Source: an uncultured archaeon (GTDB taxonomy: Archaea > Iainarchaeota > Iainarchaeia > Iainarchaeales > CSSED10-239). From it: DNA of 32,000 nucleotides. The translations under genes were made by a program, and so were the position numbers. The notes under the pieces are model-generated. The model had not been told where the DNA came from. It saw nothing but the letters and a program-made list of their open reading frames with translations, and did not search any database. Positions 17,345 through 25,919 of the stretch are shown here, piece after piece. How positions within the stretch are numbered: position 1 is the first letter of the stretch; the number at the start of each line of letters is the position of its first letter. The stretch is from contig CAZQEL010000007.1 in the NCBI GenBank assembly GCA_964591795.1, forward strand, positions 5,149 to 37,148. Reading direction: 5' to 3'.

Positions 17345-18278
17345 TTAAAAATCAATACTAACGTACCTCTCAAATCTATCTGGAAATAACATCAGATAAT
17401 TACCAACCTCCTTATTTTGAATATATCTTTTTACAATAGAATAAACTGCACCAGAACTAATCCCAACTAATAAACCATTATTTCTAATAAGCTCCTTTGT
17501 AGATTCATAAGCTTCTTTAGTATATGCAGTTTCTATTTTATCAAAGTATTTTGTAGTATAAATCTTAGGAACTATAGCTTCAGACATATTTTTTAAACCA
17601 AATATCTTATGACCAATCTCTGGTTCTACAGCAATTGTTTTTATATTTGGATTATATTCTTTAATTGCTTTTGATAAACCAACAGCAGTTCCAGAAGTAC
17701 CTAATCCTACAAATAAATGGGTTAAGTTAGGTAATTGAGCAATTATTTCTTTTGATGTTTGATAATAATGAGTCAAAGTATTAATTTTATTAGAAAATTG
17801 ACTTGGTAGAAAATATTTATCTGGATCTTTTGCATAAATTTCTTGTAATAATTTTATAGACCCATCAGTACCTTGATTACCTTGACTTAAAATTAAATTA
17901 ACCCCTAAAAGCTCAAGTATCTTTTTTCTTTCAAAACTAACATTTTTACTTAAAACAATATCGATTGAATACCCTTTTACAGCTGCAACCATTGCAAGCC
18001 CAATAGCAGTATTACCAGAACTAGCTTCAAGTATAATTTTATTTTTATTTAAAAGTCCTTCTCTTTCAGCAGATTCAATAATATTATATGCAATTCTATC
18101 TTTTATTGATCCACCTACATTAAATCCTTCTAATTTAGCAAATAAATTTATATTATTTGAAGTTAAGTTAAGATTTAATAAAGGAGTTTTACCAATTAAA
18201 TCAAAAATTGTATTAACAGGGTGAAAAATAACCTTCGGTCTTATTAAAAGTATATTTTTTTAAAAAATCTATATTCAT
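17345..18278 (-). CDS. cysteine synthase-family PLP enzyme (CysK/CysM-like), interrupted near the 5' end by a +1 frame change (possible pseudogene or assembly error)
   Basis: The track ORF starts at an internal Met (17992). The same frame continues upstream as ...IFDLIGKTPLLNL...AKLEGFNVGGSIKDRIAYNIIESAEREGLL...ILEASSGNTAIGLAMVAAVKGY, which contains the PLP-lysine motif, and has no start codon. An ATG at 18278 with GGAGG 7 nt upstream opens a 21-codon ORF in the neighbouring frame that stops at 18213-18215. Confidence 0.8.
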
Positions 18279-18285
18279 ATTTATT

Positions 18286-18290
18286 CCTCC
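18286..18290 (-). promoter_or_regulatory. Shine-Dalgarno GGAGG for the ATG at 18278
   Basis: Plus-strand cctcc lies 7 nt from the start codon. The same GGAGG/AAGGAG spacing is seen at 1861-1866 and 29536-29541. Confidence 0.5.
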
Positions 18291-18478
18291 ATATAATTAG
18301 ATTTTTGATAACAAATGATTTACAAGTATAATTAACAGAAACAGAAATAGAAACAAAGTTTTACTAAATTACTTGAAATCATAAATATATATAACACAAC
18401 AAATATATAAACTTATTTAAAAATATTTAACATTTCTAATTATACAAAATAGCTTTAATAATACAATTTATATTATTT

Positions 18479-19114
18479 ATGATTAACATATCTATTAAAA
18501 TAATACACATAAAAATGATAAATATGATAATTAAAAAAACAAAATTTAATTTAAAACATGAGACTAAAAAACATACTTTAAGAAAATTTATATTAGTTTT
18601 ATTAATATTGATAGCATATCTTACAATTACTTCTATAAAATTAGGTTTTAAAGAAGGAATTTCAATAACACTATTAACATGGTCCTTTTTTGTTTTTTGT
18701 ACACCAGTTGCTGATGCCGGATTTTTAATAGATTTTCCAATTAGATTAATCACAAGATTTAGAATGGTTTATTCTGAGATGATAGTATGGAGTATTGCAG
18801 TAATTATAAATTTAATTTATTTTATTACAAATTCTCAAATATATAATAGTACAATAATATTAGCTTTATTTAAACAAATTTTAACTAATCCATGGCCATA
18901 TTGGATAATAATAATATTATCAGGACTTGGTACTTTCTTATCAATTATCTTTGCTGATGAATTAATGGATGTTTCAAAACACCATGAAAGAAAAAAATAT
19001 CATAAACATATAAGTAAATATCAATTAATTATTTTTGCATTTATAATAATTATAATTATTGTAATATATTATTTTTTAATAAAACAATTAGGACTTAGTA
19101 TTCCTTTAATATAA
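18479..19114 (+). CDS. polytopic membrane protein (hypothetical)
   Basis: 211 aa with 4-5 hydrophobic spans and a His/Lys-rich loop (HHERKKYHKH). The start is uncertain (ATG at 18479, 18515 or 18524). I prefer it over the overlapping antisense ORF 18436-18753. Confidence 0.45.
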   Translation: MINISIKIIHIKMINMIIKKTKFNLKHETKKHTLRKFILVLLILIAYLTITSIKLGFKEGISITLLTWSFFVFCTPVADAGFLIDFPIRLITRFRMVYSEMIVWSIAVIINLIYFITNSQIYNSTIILALFKQILTNPWPYWIIIILSGLGTFLSIIFADELMDVSKHHERKKYHKHISKYQLIIFAFIIIIIIVIYYFLIKQLGLSIPLI

Positions 19115-19126
19115 ATAAAAGAAATG

Positions 19127-19804
19127 ATTAAAAATAACTAAGTTATAAATTTAATTTTAACAAAACCTGGTTTAGCTATAATTGTTGATGGAGTTAAAAA
19201 AAGAGCAATATACCAAAAAATATATAATCACATTAATTATATACTTACAAAAACATTTCGTATTCTTTTTTTAGTTCCTTTTTCAATACTTGTCTTTAGT
19301 TTTTTTCCTATAACACCTATTCAACTAGTATTATTATCTGTATTAAATGATATTCCAATCTTAGCAATGACAACAGATAAAGTTGGAGAATCTAAAATTC
19401 CTAAAAAATAAAAATTAAAAAAACTAATGAGCATATCTTCAATTCTCAATTTTATCAATTTTTTAAACAGTGAATTATTATTAATATTATTTGTTTTTTA
19501 TTAAATTTACCAGTAATACAAATACTTTTATTTCTTAAGCTTTTAATATCACACAGGTAATTTAATGATATTTCAAGCTAGAAGTAAAGAACCAGTGCAA
19601 AAAGGGTTAAGACCCTCTAAGATTTTGTTATATTCAGTAATAATAACTCAATTAATAGCAACAACAATGGTTTTATTGGGTATATTTGTAACTACAATAA
19701 GTATAACCACAATATTACTTATGTGGGGCTAAATAATTTTATTTTTCTTTATAACAGAATTATTTAAGCATTGGATATATAAATATGCAGAAAAAAAGAA
19801 ATAA
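19127..19804 (+). pseudogene. decayed 3' remnant of a P-type cation ATPase gene (hinge plus C-terminal membrane segments)
   Basis: Translation reads INLILTKPGLAIIVDGVKKRAIYQKIYNHINYILTKTFRILFLVPFSILVFSFFPITPIQLVLLSVLNDIPILAMTTDKV, then continues through in-frame TAA stops at 19409, 19502 and 19730. It needs a shift to another frame for LNLPVIQILLFLKLLIS (19501-19551) and back again for GNLMIFQARSKEP...PSKILLYSVIITQLIATT. The N-terminal two thirds of the gene are absent. Confidence 0.75.
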
Positions 19805-19916
19805 AAAGATATATTTAAAATTAATTTTTATTTAAATATCCATCAAATATCATTTTTGACAAAATAATTACATTTGGGGCTAACTTATATTTTTTTAGAG
19901 AACCAATAGAAATAAA

Positions 19917-20297
19917 TTAACCTTCTGAAAAATTATTTTCAATTTGTTTAGGCAAACTATCATAAAAAGAAATAAAATTGTAAGATCTTCTTTTTTTATT
20001 ATCAGGACTAGTAAAGTCAATAAAAAATGGTTTAATGTTTTCTAATTTATTTGTAAAATCAATTCCAATTTCTTCCTTAATTTCTCTTATAGCAGTATTT
20101 TTTAAAATAGTATATTTAAAATTATTAATTCTATCAAACAATTCAACTTTACCACCTGGAATTTCCCAATGTTTATGATCTTTTCTTTTTAATAATAATA
20201 TTGATATGTCCTCTTTATCAAATCTAACTATTAATATTCCAGAATTAACAATTCTACCATCTTCCATAAATTTTTTTAAATTTAAATTATATTTCAT
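19917..20297 (-). CDS. Nudix hydrolase with an expanded Nudix box
   Basis: GGKVE...(18 aa)...REIKEEIGI. The spacing is about 8 aa longer than the canonical GX5EX7REUXEEXGU. Confidence 0.6.
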   Translation of the reverse strand: MKYNLNLKKFMEDGRIVNSGILIVRFDKEDISILLLKRKDHKHWEIPGGKVELFDRINNFKYTILKNTAIREIKEEIGIDFTNKLENIKPFFIDFTSPDNKKRRSYNFISFYDSLPKQIENNFSEG

Positions 20298-20356
20298 AAG
20301 TAACTCACTTTAAATTATTTTCATTTAATTTTTTTATTTCTTTTAAATTTGTTAAT

Positions 20357-20402
20357 ATTCATAATATATCATTATATATATTCATAATATATCATTATAT
20401 AT
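20357..20402. repeat. 2 x 23-bp perfect tandem repeat in the Nudix upstream region
   Basis: attcataatatatcattatatat occurs at 20357-20379 and again at 20380-20402. Confidence 0.8.
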
Positions 20403-20567
20403 ATTTATAAGATTAAGTTTAAACTTTATCTAAACACACATGTTTTATTTAAAAAACACCTAAATCGTATACTTTAACTAAAATTTAATTATTTAATATA
20501 AACTCATAATAATCAATAATTAAAACCAATTAATTTATTCAAAAAATAAAAATATATAAAAATAACT

Positions 20568-21533
20568 TTAAGCCAAAAAGAAAATCACATATACTAAAAA
20601 TAAAATATATATTGTAAATAAAATAATTGCTTGTTTTTTATTTAAAGTATTATTTTGAGATAAAAAATATAATATAAGTATTGATGAACCTAAAAGCCCA
20701 AAAATGATTTCAATATGTGTGAAATTAATTGCAGTTGACATTCCAAGAACAATAGCTAAAAAAACAGGAATACTTAATCCAATTAATATGTCAACAATAT
20801 TAGATCCAAAAACATTTGATATAGCATCATTAATATCTCCTTTTTTTGCATTAATAATTGAAATAATTGCATCTGGAATAGATGTTGCTATCGCAACAAT
20901 AGTAAACCCAATTATTACAGGACTAATTTTTAAATATTCAGAAATATAAATTGCAGTATATGTCAAAAAATAAGTTGCAATACCAATAATTATAAAAGCT
21001 ATAATAAAAGTTGTAAGTTCTTTTTTTAAAGAAATATTAAAGGATTTTACAGCAAATTGTTTTTTATATAACTTTGAATCTTTTCTAAGTACAAATACAT
21101 ACCATAAATAAATACAAATAAAAAAGATAACTATAAATAAATTCCAATTACTAAAGTAAAATACAGAAATTAATAATAAAAATATTGACATTATATAAAA
21201 AATTGCATCTCTTGAAATTACCTTAGAATTAACTTTAAATACTACTGGAGATATAAACACACAAATTGCTGGAATTATTAATAAATTAAATAATGCTGAA
21301 CCAGAAATAGTACCTAATCCTAATTCAAATTTTTTAAATAACAATATAGAAAAAACAGCAACCATTAACTCAGGGAAAGAACTTGAGATTGCATCAAAGG
21401 TAGCTCCCTTAACTGATCTTGGTAATCTGAAATAATCTCCTAAATTTGAAGAAGCTACTGTGAATTTACTTCCTGCAAAATAAATAACTACACCTGAAAG
21501 AACAAAAATGATGATTGAAAATAGTAAATTCAT
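20568..21533 (-). CDS. Ca2+/cation antiporter (CaCA family, NCX/YrbG-like)
   Basis: 321 aa with about 10 TM segments. Two alpha-repeat signatures are present: SSSFPELMVAV...GSALFNLLIIP and ATSIPDAIISI...GSNIVDILIGL. Confidence 0.85.
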   Translation of the reverse strand: MNLLFSIIIFVLSGVVIYFAGSKFTVASSNLGDYFRLPRSVKGATFDAISSSFPELMVAVFSILLFKKFELGLGTISGSALFNLLIIPAICVFISPVVFKVNSKVISRDAIFYIMSIFLLLISVFYFSNWNLFIVIFFICIYLWYVFVLRKDSKLYKKQFAVKSFNISLKKELTTFIIAFIIIGIATYFLTYTAIYISEYLKISPVIIGFTIVAIATSIPDAIISIINAKKGDINDAISNVFGSNIVDILIGLSIPVFLAIVLGMSTAINFTHIEIIFGLLGSSILILYFLSQNNTLNKKQAIILFTIYILFLVYVIFFLA

Positions 21534-21668
21534 ATTAAATAAATAGTAGAAAAACTATATAAATTGTAGTTATTTTAATTAATGTTTTAATTAAAAATAG
21601 AAATGTATATAAATAAATGTAGTAAATATATATAAATAATTAACAAATATTAAACTAAGAGATTACAT

Positions 21669-22349
21669 ATGAACAAATTAGAATCAATAGGGTTTATTCT
21701 TGATGGAAATAGAACTTACGGAAAATTAAAAAAAATATCATATTCTGAAGCTTACCAGAAAGGTGCTGACAAAGCAATAAATATGATAAATTATATTTAT
21801 GAAAAACACACAGAAATAAAACAAATACAACTATATGCATTATCTAAAGAAAATATAAAAAATAGAAACAAATTAGAATTAAAAGAACTATATAATCTTT
21901 TTATTAAAAATTTTAATATAATTAATAATTTTAAAAATAAAGATATTAATATTAAATTTATTGGAAGATTTAATTATTTTTCAAAAATAATTAAAAATCA
22001 AATATCTAAAATTAATAATAAAAATAAAAATGCAAGATTAACAGTATATTTTTGTATAGGTTATGGTGGAAAAACAGAAATAATTGATGCTGTAAACCTA
22101 ATTATTAAAAACAAAGTTAAAAAAGTTACTGAAGAAAACTTTAAAAACTACTTATATGACCCAGAATTAATTGATCCAGATGTAATTGTAAGAACCTCAA
22201 ATCAAAAAAGATTATCTGGATTTTTATTATATCACTCAGCTTATTCAGAACTAATTTTTTTAAAAAAATTATGGCCAGAAATTACTAATTATGATATAGA
22301 TAAAATAATTAATAATTATAAAGGTATAAAAAGAAACTTTGGAAAATAA
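21669..22349 (+). CDS. uppS: cis-prenyltransferase (undecaprenyl/tritrans,polycis-diphosphate synthase family)
   Basis: ILDGNRTYG (compare MDGNRRWA), YALSKENIKNR, and RTSNQKRLSGFLLYHSAYSELIF...WPE. Confidence 0.85.
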   Translation: MNKLESIGFILDGNRTYGKLKKISYSEAYQKGADKAINMINYIYEKHTEIKQIQLYALSKENIKNRNKLELKELYNLFIKNFNIINNFKNKDINIKFIGRFNYFSKIIKNQISKINNKNKNARLTVYFCIGYGGKTEIIDAVNLIIKNKVKKVTEENFKNYLYDPELIDPDVIVRTSNQKRLSGFLLYHSAYSELIFLKKLWPEITNYDIDKIINNYKGIKRNFGK

Positions 22350-22361
22350 AAATAAAAAAAC

Positions 22362-23789
22362 CTATCCAAAAAAGATAGGTCTTTTACTCAAACAACGTGG
22401 TAAAGAAAACAATACTTTTGGATATAATTTAATTTGATCCAATATTTCCATTTCTAATTGCTTTTGATCACAATTAATTTTAATATTACCTTCTCTTTTA
22501 TTAACACTAAATACATTAGATTCTATTTCTTTATTTCCAATCACAAGAACATAAGGAATCCATTCTTTTCTAGCATTTACAATTTTTTTTGATAATCTAT
22601 TATCTGAATCATCAATATCCCACCTTATATTTTCATTAAATTTAAGATTTTTACAAAAGGATAATTGTTTTTCAGAAACTGGGATTACTCTCAACTGAAT
22701 AGGAGAGCACCATAAAGGTAAACTAGAAATTTCTTTTTTTAAAGCTTGTTCTAGTAATGAATACATTAATCTTTCTATGGAACCTATTGAAGAATGACAA
22801 ATAACATATCCTTTTTTGTCACCACTAGCTCCTATATAACCTAAACCATAAATTTCAGAATCCTTAATATCTAATTGTATAGTACTTAGTTGAACATTTC
22901 CATTTACACTATCAATTGCTTGATATTCATTTTTTAAAGCCCAATAATGTTTCATTTCAGATAATAATTCAATAAACACTGGTTTATTAGAATATTTTGC
23001 AATGTTTAAAATCATTGGTTTATATTGTTCATAATATTTTTCAACAACTCTAAAAACTAATGCAAAATCAATTTTCAAACCATTTAATAGTTTATCAAAT
23101 TTATTATGAATACACAAGAATTCTTCTTTAGCAAAATCTGCATCTTTTGAAAAACTATGAATATCTGGCATGTGAAATGCTCTAAGTCTTTTTAATCCAG
23201 ATAATTCTCCTCTTTTTTCATATCTAAAACTTTTAGAAAATTCATAAATTCTTAAAGGTAATTGATTATGATTCACATTAGCTGATTTTAACATTTTAAA
23301 TAAACCAAAATCCCCTGCAAACCTTAAAATAAATTCTTTATTTTTATTATCTGGTAACTTAACAACATAATGTCTTTCATGGAACGATTTTGCTTGTTCA
23401 AATATTTCTGGATCACTCCAATCATATAACACAGGAGAATCTATTTCAAAACATTCTAAATCATCAATTGCAATCTTATCACACCACTCTTTTATTAAAT
23501 TAAATAAAATTTTTCCTTTTGGAAATAATTGAAAATGACCAGAATCACTAGATGAAACATATCCTACTAATTCTTGTTGTTGCATAACTTTAATTGAAGG
23601 AGGTTCTTTATTTGAAACTATTTTTAGTTCTTCTGAAATAACATAATTTTTAAGGTTATTATCTTCAATTTTATTTAAGATATTTATTACTTCTTGGTTA
23701 TTTTCTAAATTCAAATTAATTTCAGAACCATCTTGTTTTAAAATTAAATATTTTGAACTTATATTTTGTGCAATTTCTTCTCTATTCAT
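22362..23789 (-). CDS. thrS: threonyl-tRNA synthetase, catalytic plus anticodon-binding domains only
   Basis: Class II motif 2 FRYEKRGELSGLKRLRAFHMPDIHSF, motif 3 region CHSSIGSIERL, and a C-terminal HGTP-type anticodon-binding domain (PIQLRVIPVSE...IPYVLVIGNKE). I chose the ATG at 23789 (AGGTGG lies 5 nt upstream); the track starts at the GTG at 23798. Confidence 0.75.
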   Translation of the reverse strand: MNREEIAQNISSKYLILKQDGSEINLNLENNQEVINILNKIEDNNLKNYVISEELKIVSNKEPPSIKVMQQQELVGYVSSSDSGHFQLFPKGKILFNLIKEWCDKIAIDDLECFEIDSPVLYDWSDPEIFEQAKSFHERHYVVKLPDNKNKEFILRFAGDFGLFKMLKSANVNHNQLPLRIYEFSKSFRYEKRGELSGLKRLRAFHMPDIHSFSKDADFAKEEFLCIHNKFDKLLNGLKIDFALVFRVVEKYYEQYKPMILNIAKYSNKPVFIELLSEMKHYWALKNEYQAIDSVNGNVQLSTIQLDIKDSEIYGLGYIGASGDKKGYVICHSSIGSIERLMYSLLEQALKKEISSLPLWCSPIQLRVIPVSEKQLSFCKNLKFNENIRWDIDDSDNRLSKKIVNARKEWIPYVLVIGNKEIESNVFSVNKREGNIKINCDQKQLEMEILDQIKLYPKVLFSLPRCLSKRPIFFG

Positions 23790-24176
23790 ACATACCACCT
23801 ATAAATGTATTTTTTTATTTAAAAAGATAAATAGCTTACTTAACAATTATAGAAAAATAAGCTAAAAATAAAATTAGTTATTGGTGGTTGAGGTATATTG
23901 ATAAATAGATAAACAGTTATTATTAAAATTATTTAAAAACATTTTTTGTATTTTCATAAATTACACCTCGTATATTAATAAATATATTAACTTACAAAAC
24001 ATTTATAAATTATATTTTTTATTTTTATTTAAAAAAACTAGTAAAAAATAATAAAAATAAAAAAAAGAAAGATTATCTAGTTCAACTAATTCTTAAAATT
24101 ATAGATTTAAAATTATTAAAAAAAGGCTATTATAAAAAAAGTAAAACTTTATTTAATTAAAAAAATATAATTTTAT

Positions 24177-25061
24177 TTAAGATAAAAACTTATTAATAAT
24201 TTCATCATTTATTTTTTTAAAAATTAATTTGTATTTCTCATCATATTCTACAATAGGAATCTTATTTACCATTGCTTTAACAAAAGATTTATCAAAAGGA
24301 ATTTTGGAAATTATTAAAATATTATTTTGTTTTGCAAATAATTCTATTTTATCACAATATTTTTTATTTAAATCAAATTTATTAATAATTATTGAATATT
24401 TAATGTTAAAATGATTTACTATATCAATGGCTCTTAACATATCTTCATATCCAGCAATAGTTGGTTCAGTAATTAATAAAGCATAATCATTTCCAGTTAC
24501 TGATGCTATAACTGGACATCCAATGCCTGCTGCAGAATCAATAATCATAATTTCTGCATTAGGTTCTATATCTTTTGCTTTTTTTCTAACTTCTGCAACT
24601 ACTTTTCCAGATCCTGAACTACTTGAAAGTAATTGAGCAGAAGCAATTTTAAAATTATACTTTGTTTTAGCATATCCAATCTGTGCATTATTTACATTTT
24701 TAAGAGTAATTGCTTTATTTGGACAAACAAGCTCACACACTCCACATCCTTCACAACTAAATTCTTTTAAAACTGGATAATTATTTTTAAAATCTAATGC
24801 ATCAAAATAACAAGAATCTACACATTTTTTACAACCATTACATTTACTTTTATCAATTATTGCTATTTGATTTGTTGATAAATAACTCCATTGTTCATAA
24901 TCTTCTGGATATATTGAAAATAAAATTGATAAATTAGATCCATCTACATCACAATCAGCACAAACTATTTTTTTATGTTCTGACATAGTAATAGCTAAAG
25001 ATGCGACAATACTACTTTTACCAACTCCTCCTTTTCCTGATAACACAACTAAAGATTTCAT
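24177..25061 (-). CDS. MinD/ParA-superfamily P-loop ATPase with an inserted 2x[4Fe-4S] ferredoxin module
   Basis: Deviant Walker A SGKGGVGKS, plus CNGCKKCVDSC and CEGCGVCELVCP. Confidence 0.85.
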   Translation of the reverse strand: MKSLVVLSGKGGVGKSSIVASLAITMSEHKKIVCADCDVDGSNLSILFSIYPEDYEQWSYLSTNQIAIIDKSKCNGCKKCVDSCYFDALDFKNNYPVLKEFSCEGCGVCELVCPNKAITLKNVNNAQIGYAKTKYNFKIASAQLLSSSSGSGKVVAEVRKKAKDIEPNAEIMIIDSAAGIGCPVIASVTGNDYALLITEPTIAGYEDMLRAIDIVNHFNIKYSIIINKFDLNKKYCDKIELFAKQNNILIISKIPFDKSFVKAMVNKIPIVEYDEKYKLIFKKINDEIINKFLS

Positions 25062-25070
25062 ATTTTCCCT

Positions 25071-25919
25071 TTATTTTTTAAAATCGTCAAATATTGATAA
25101 AATATTTGAAATAATTATTGGTTTTCCTTCTGTATATGAATTAATAATTTCTTTAAAAAATTTAATTTCTAAAATAATATTAACATTATATTTATTTGCT
25201 AAAGATTCAATTTCTTTTTTTTCTCCAAAATCTGAACGATTAATAATAATAGATCCTTTTTTATTTAATTTATTTAATAAATTTAAAATTATATTTAAAT
25301 CATGAGCACCCAATGGTGTTGGTTCTGTAACTGTAATTATTTTATCAGCATATTTTAATGCTGCAATAACAGGGCAATGAGATCCTGCCGCAGTATCAAT
25401 AATAATGTAATCATAAAAAAATTTCATCTTTAATAATTCTTTATTTAAATTATTTACTATAAACTCAGAAACTGGTTGATTTGTTTTTAGTTCACCAGAT
25501 AATAAATCTAAATTATCTTTTTTACCTTTATATAAATGTCCAATTTCTTTTAATTTCCAACTAATTGCATCAAACTTACAACTTATTTTACATGCTCCAC
25601 AGCCATTACATTGCTCTGGTAAAAATATAGGATATTTATCTTTAATAAAAACAATTGCATTATTTTTACATACTTTTGAACAAACACCACATTTTTCACA
25701 TTTACTTAAATCAAAATTAGCTATTCTTTGTTCTATTTTTTTTAAATGTTCTTTTTTGATATTTAATAATAAATGATCATTAGGACAATCAACATCTGCA
25801 TCTATCAATAAAACTTTGTTTTTTTTAGATAATTCATAGGCTAAAGCAGTTGCAACAGTTGATTTTCCTGTTCCACCTTTTCCACCAGTTACAGCAATAA
25901 TCACAATTAATGTCCACAA
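25071..25919 (-). CDS. MinD/ParA-superfamily P-loop ATPase with an inserted 2x[4Fe-4S] ferredoxin module (paralogue)
   Basis: GGKGGTGKS, plus CEKCGVCSKVC and CNGCGACKISC. The track start is the TTG at 25919. A GTG at 25904 (giving MIIAVTGGKGG) is an equally plausible start. Confidence 0.85.
   Translation of the reverse strand: MWTLIVIIAVTGGKGGTGKSTVATALAYELSKKNKVLLIDADVDCPNDHLLLNIKKEHLKKIEQRIANFDLSKCEKCGVCSKVCKNNAIVFIKDKYPIFLPEQCNGCGACKISCKFDAISWKLKEIGHLYKGKKDNLDLLSGELKTNQPVSEFIVNNLNKELLKMKFFYDYIIIDTAAGSHCPVIAALKYADKIITVTEPTPLGAHDLNIILNLLNKLNKKGSIIINRSDFGEKKEIESLANKYNVNIILEIKFFKEIINSYTEGKPIIISNILSIFDDFKK

Noticed and set aside
18261-18267. HIV-like -1 slippery heptamer U_UUU_UUA, in the correct phase, in the short 5' ORF of the cysK-like gene
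   Set aside because: A -1 shift here runs into a TAA after five codons. The enzyme body is in the +1 frame, so -1 programmed frameshifting cannot rescue the gene.
18436-18753. 105-aa minus-strand ORF overlapping the 5' part of ORF 18479-19114
   Set aside because: It is mutually exclusive with the longer plus-strand ORF, which has a coherent multi-TM profile. Neither has strong start signals, so only the longer one is kept, at low confidence.
23927-23969. SD-like GAGGTG followed by an ATG in the thrS upstream spacer
   Set aside because: The ORF is only 9 codons (MKIQKIVFK) before a stop, which is too short to call.
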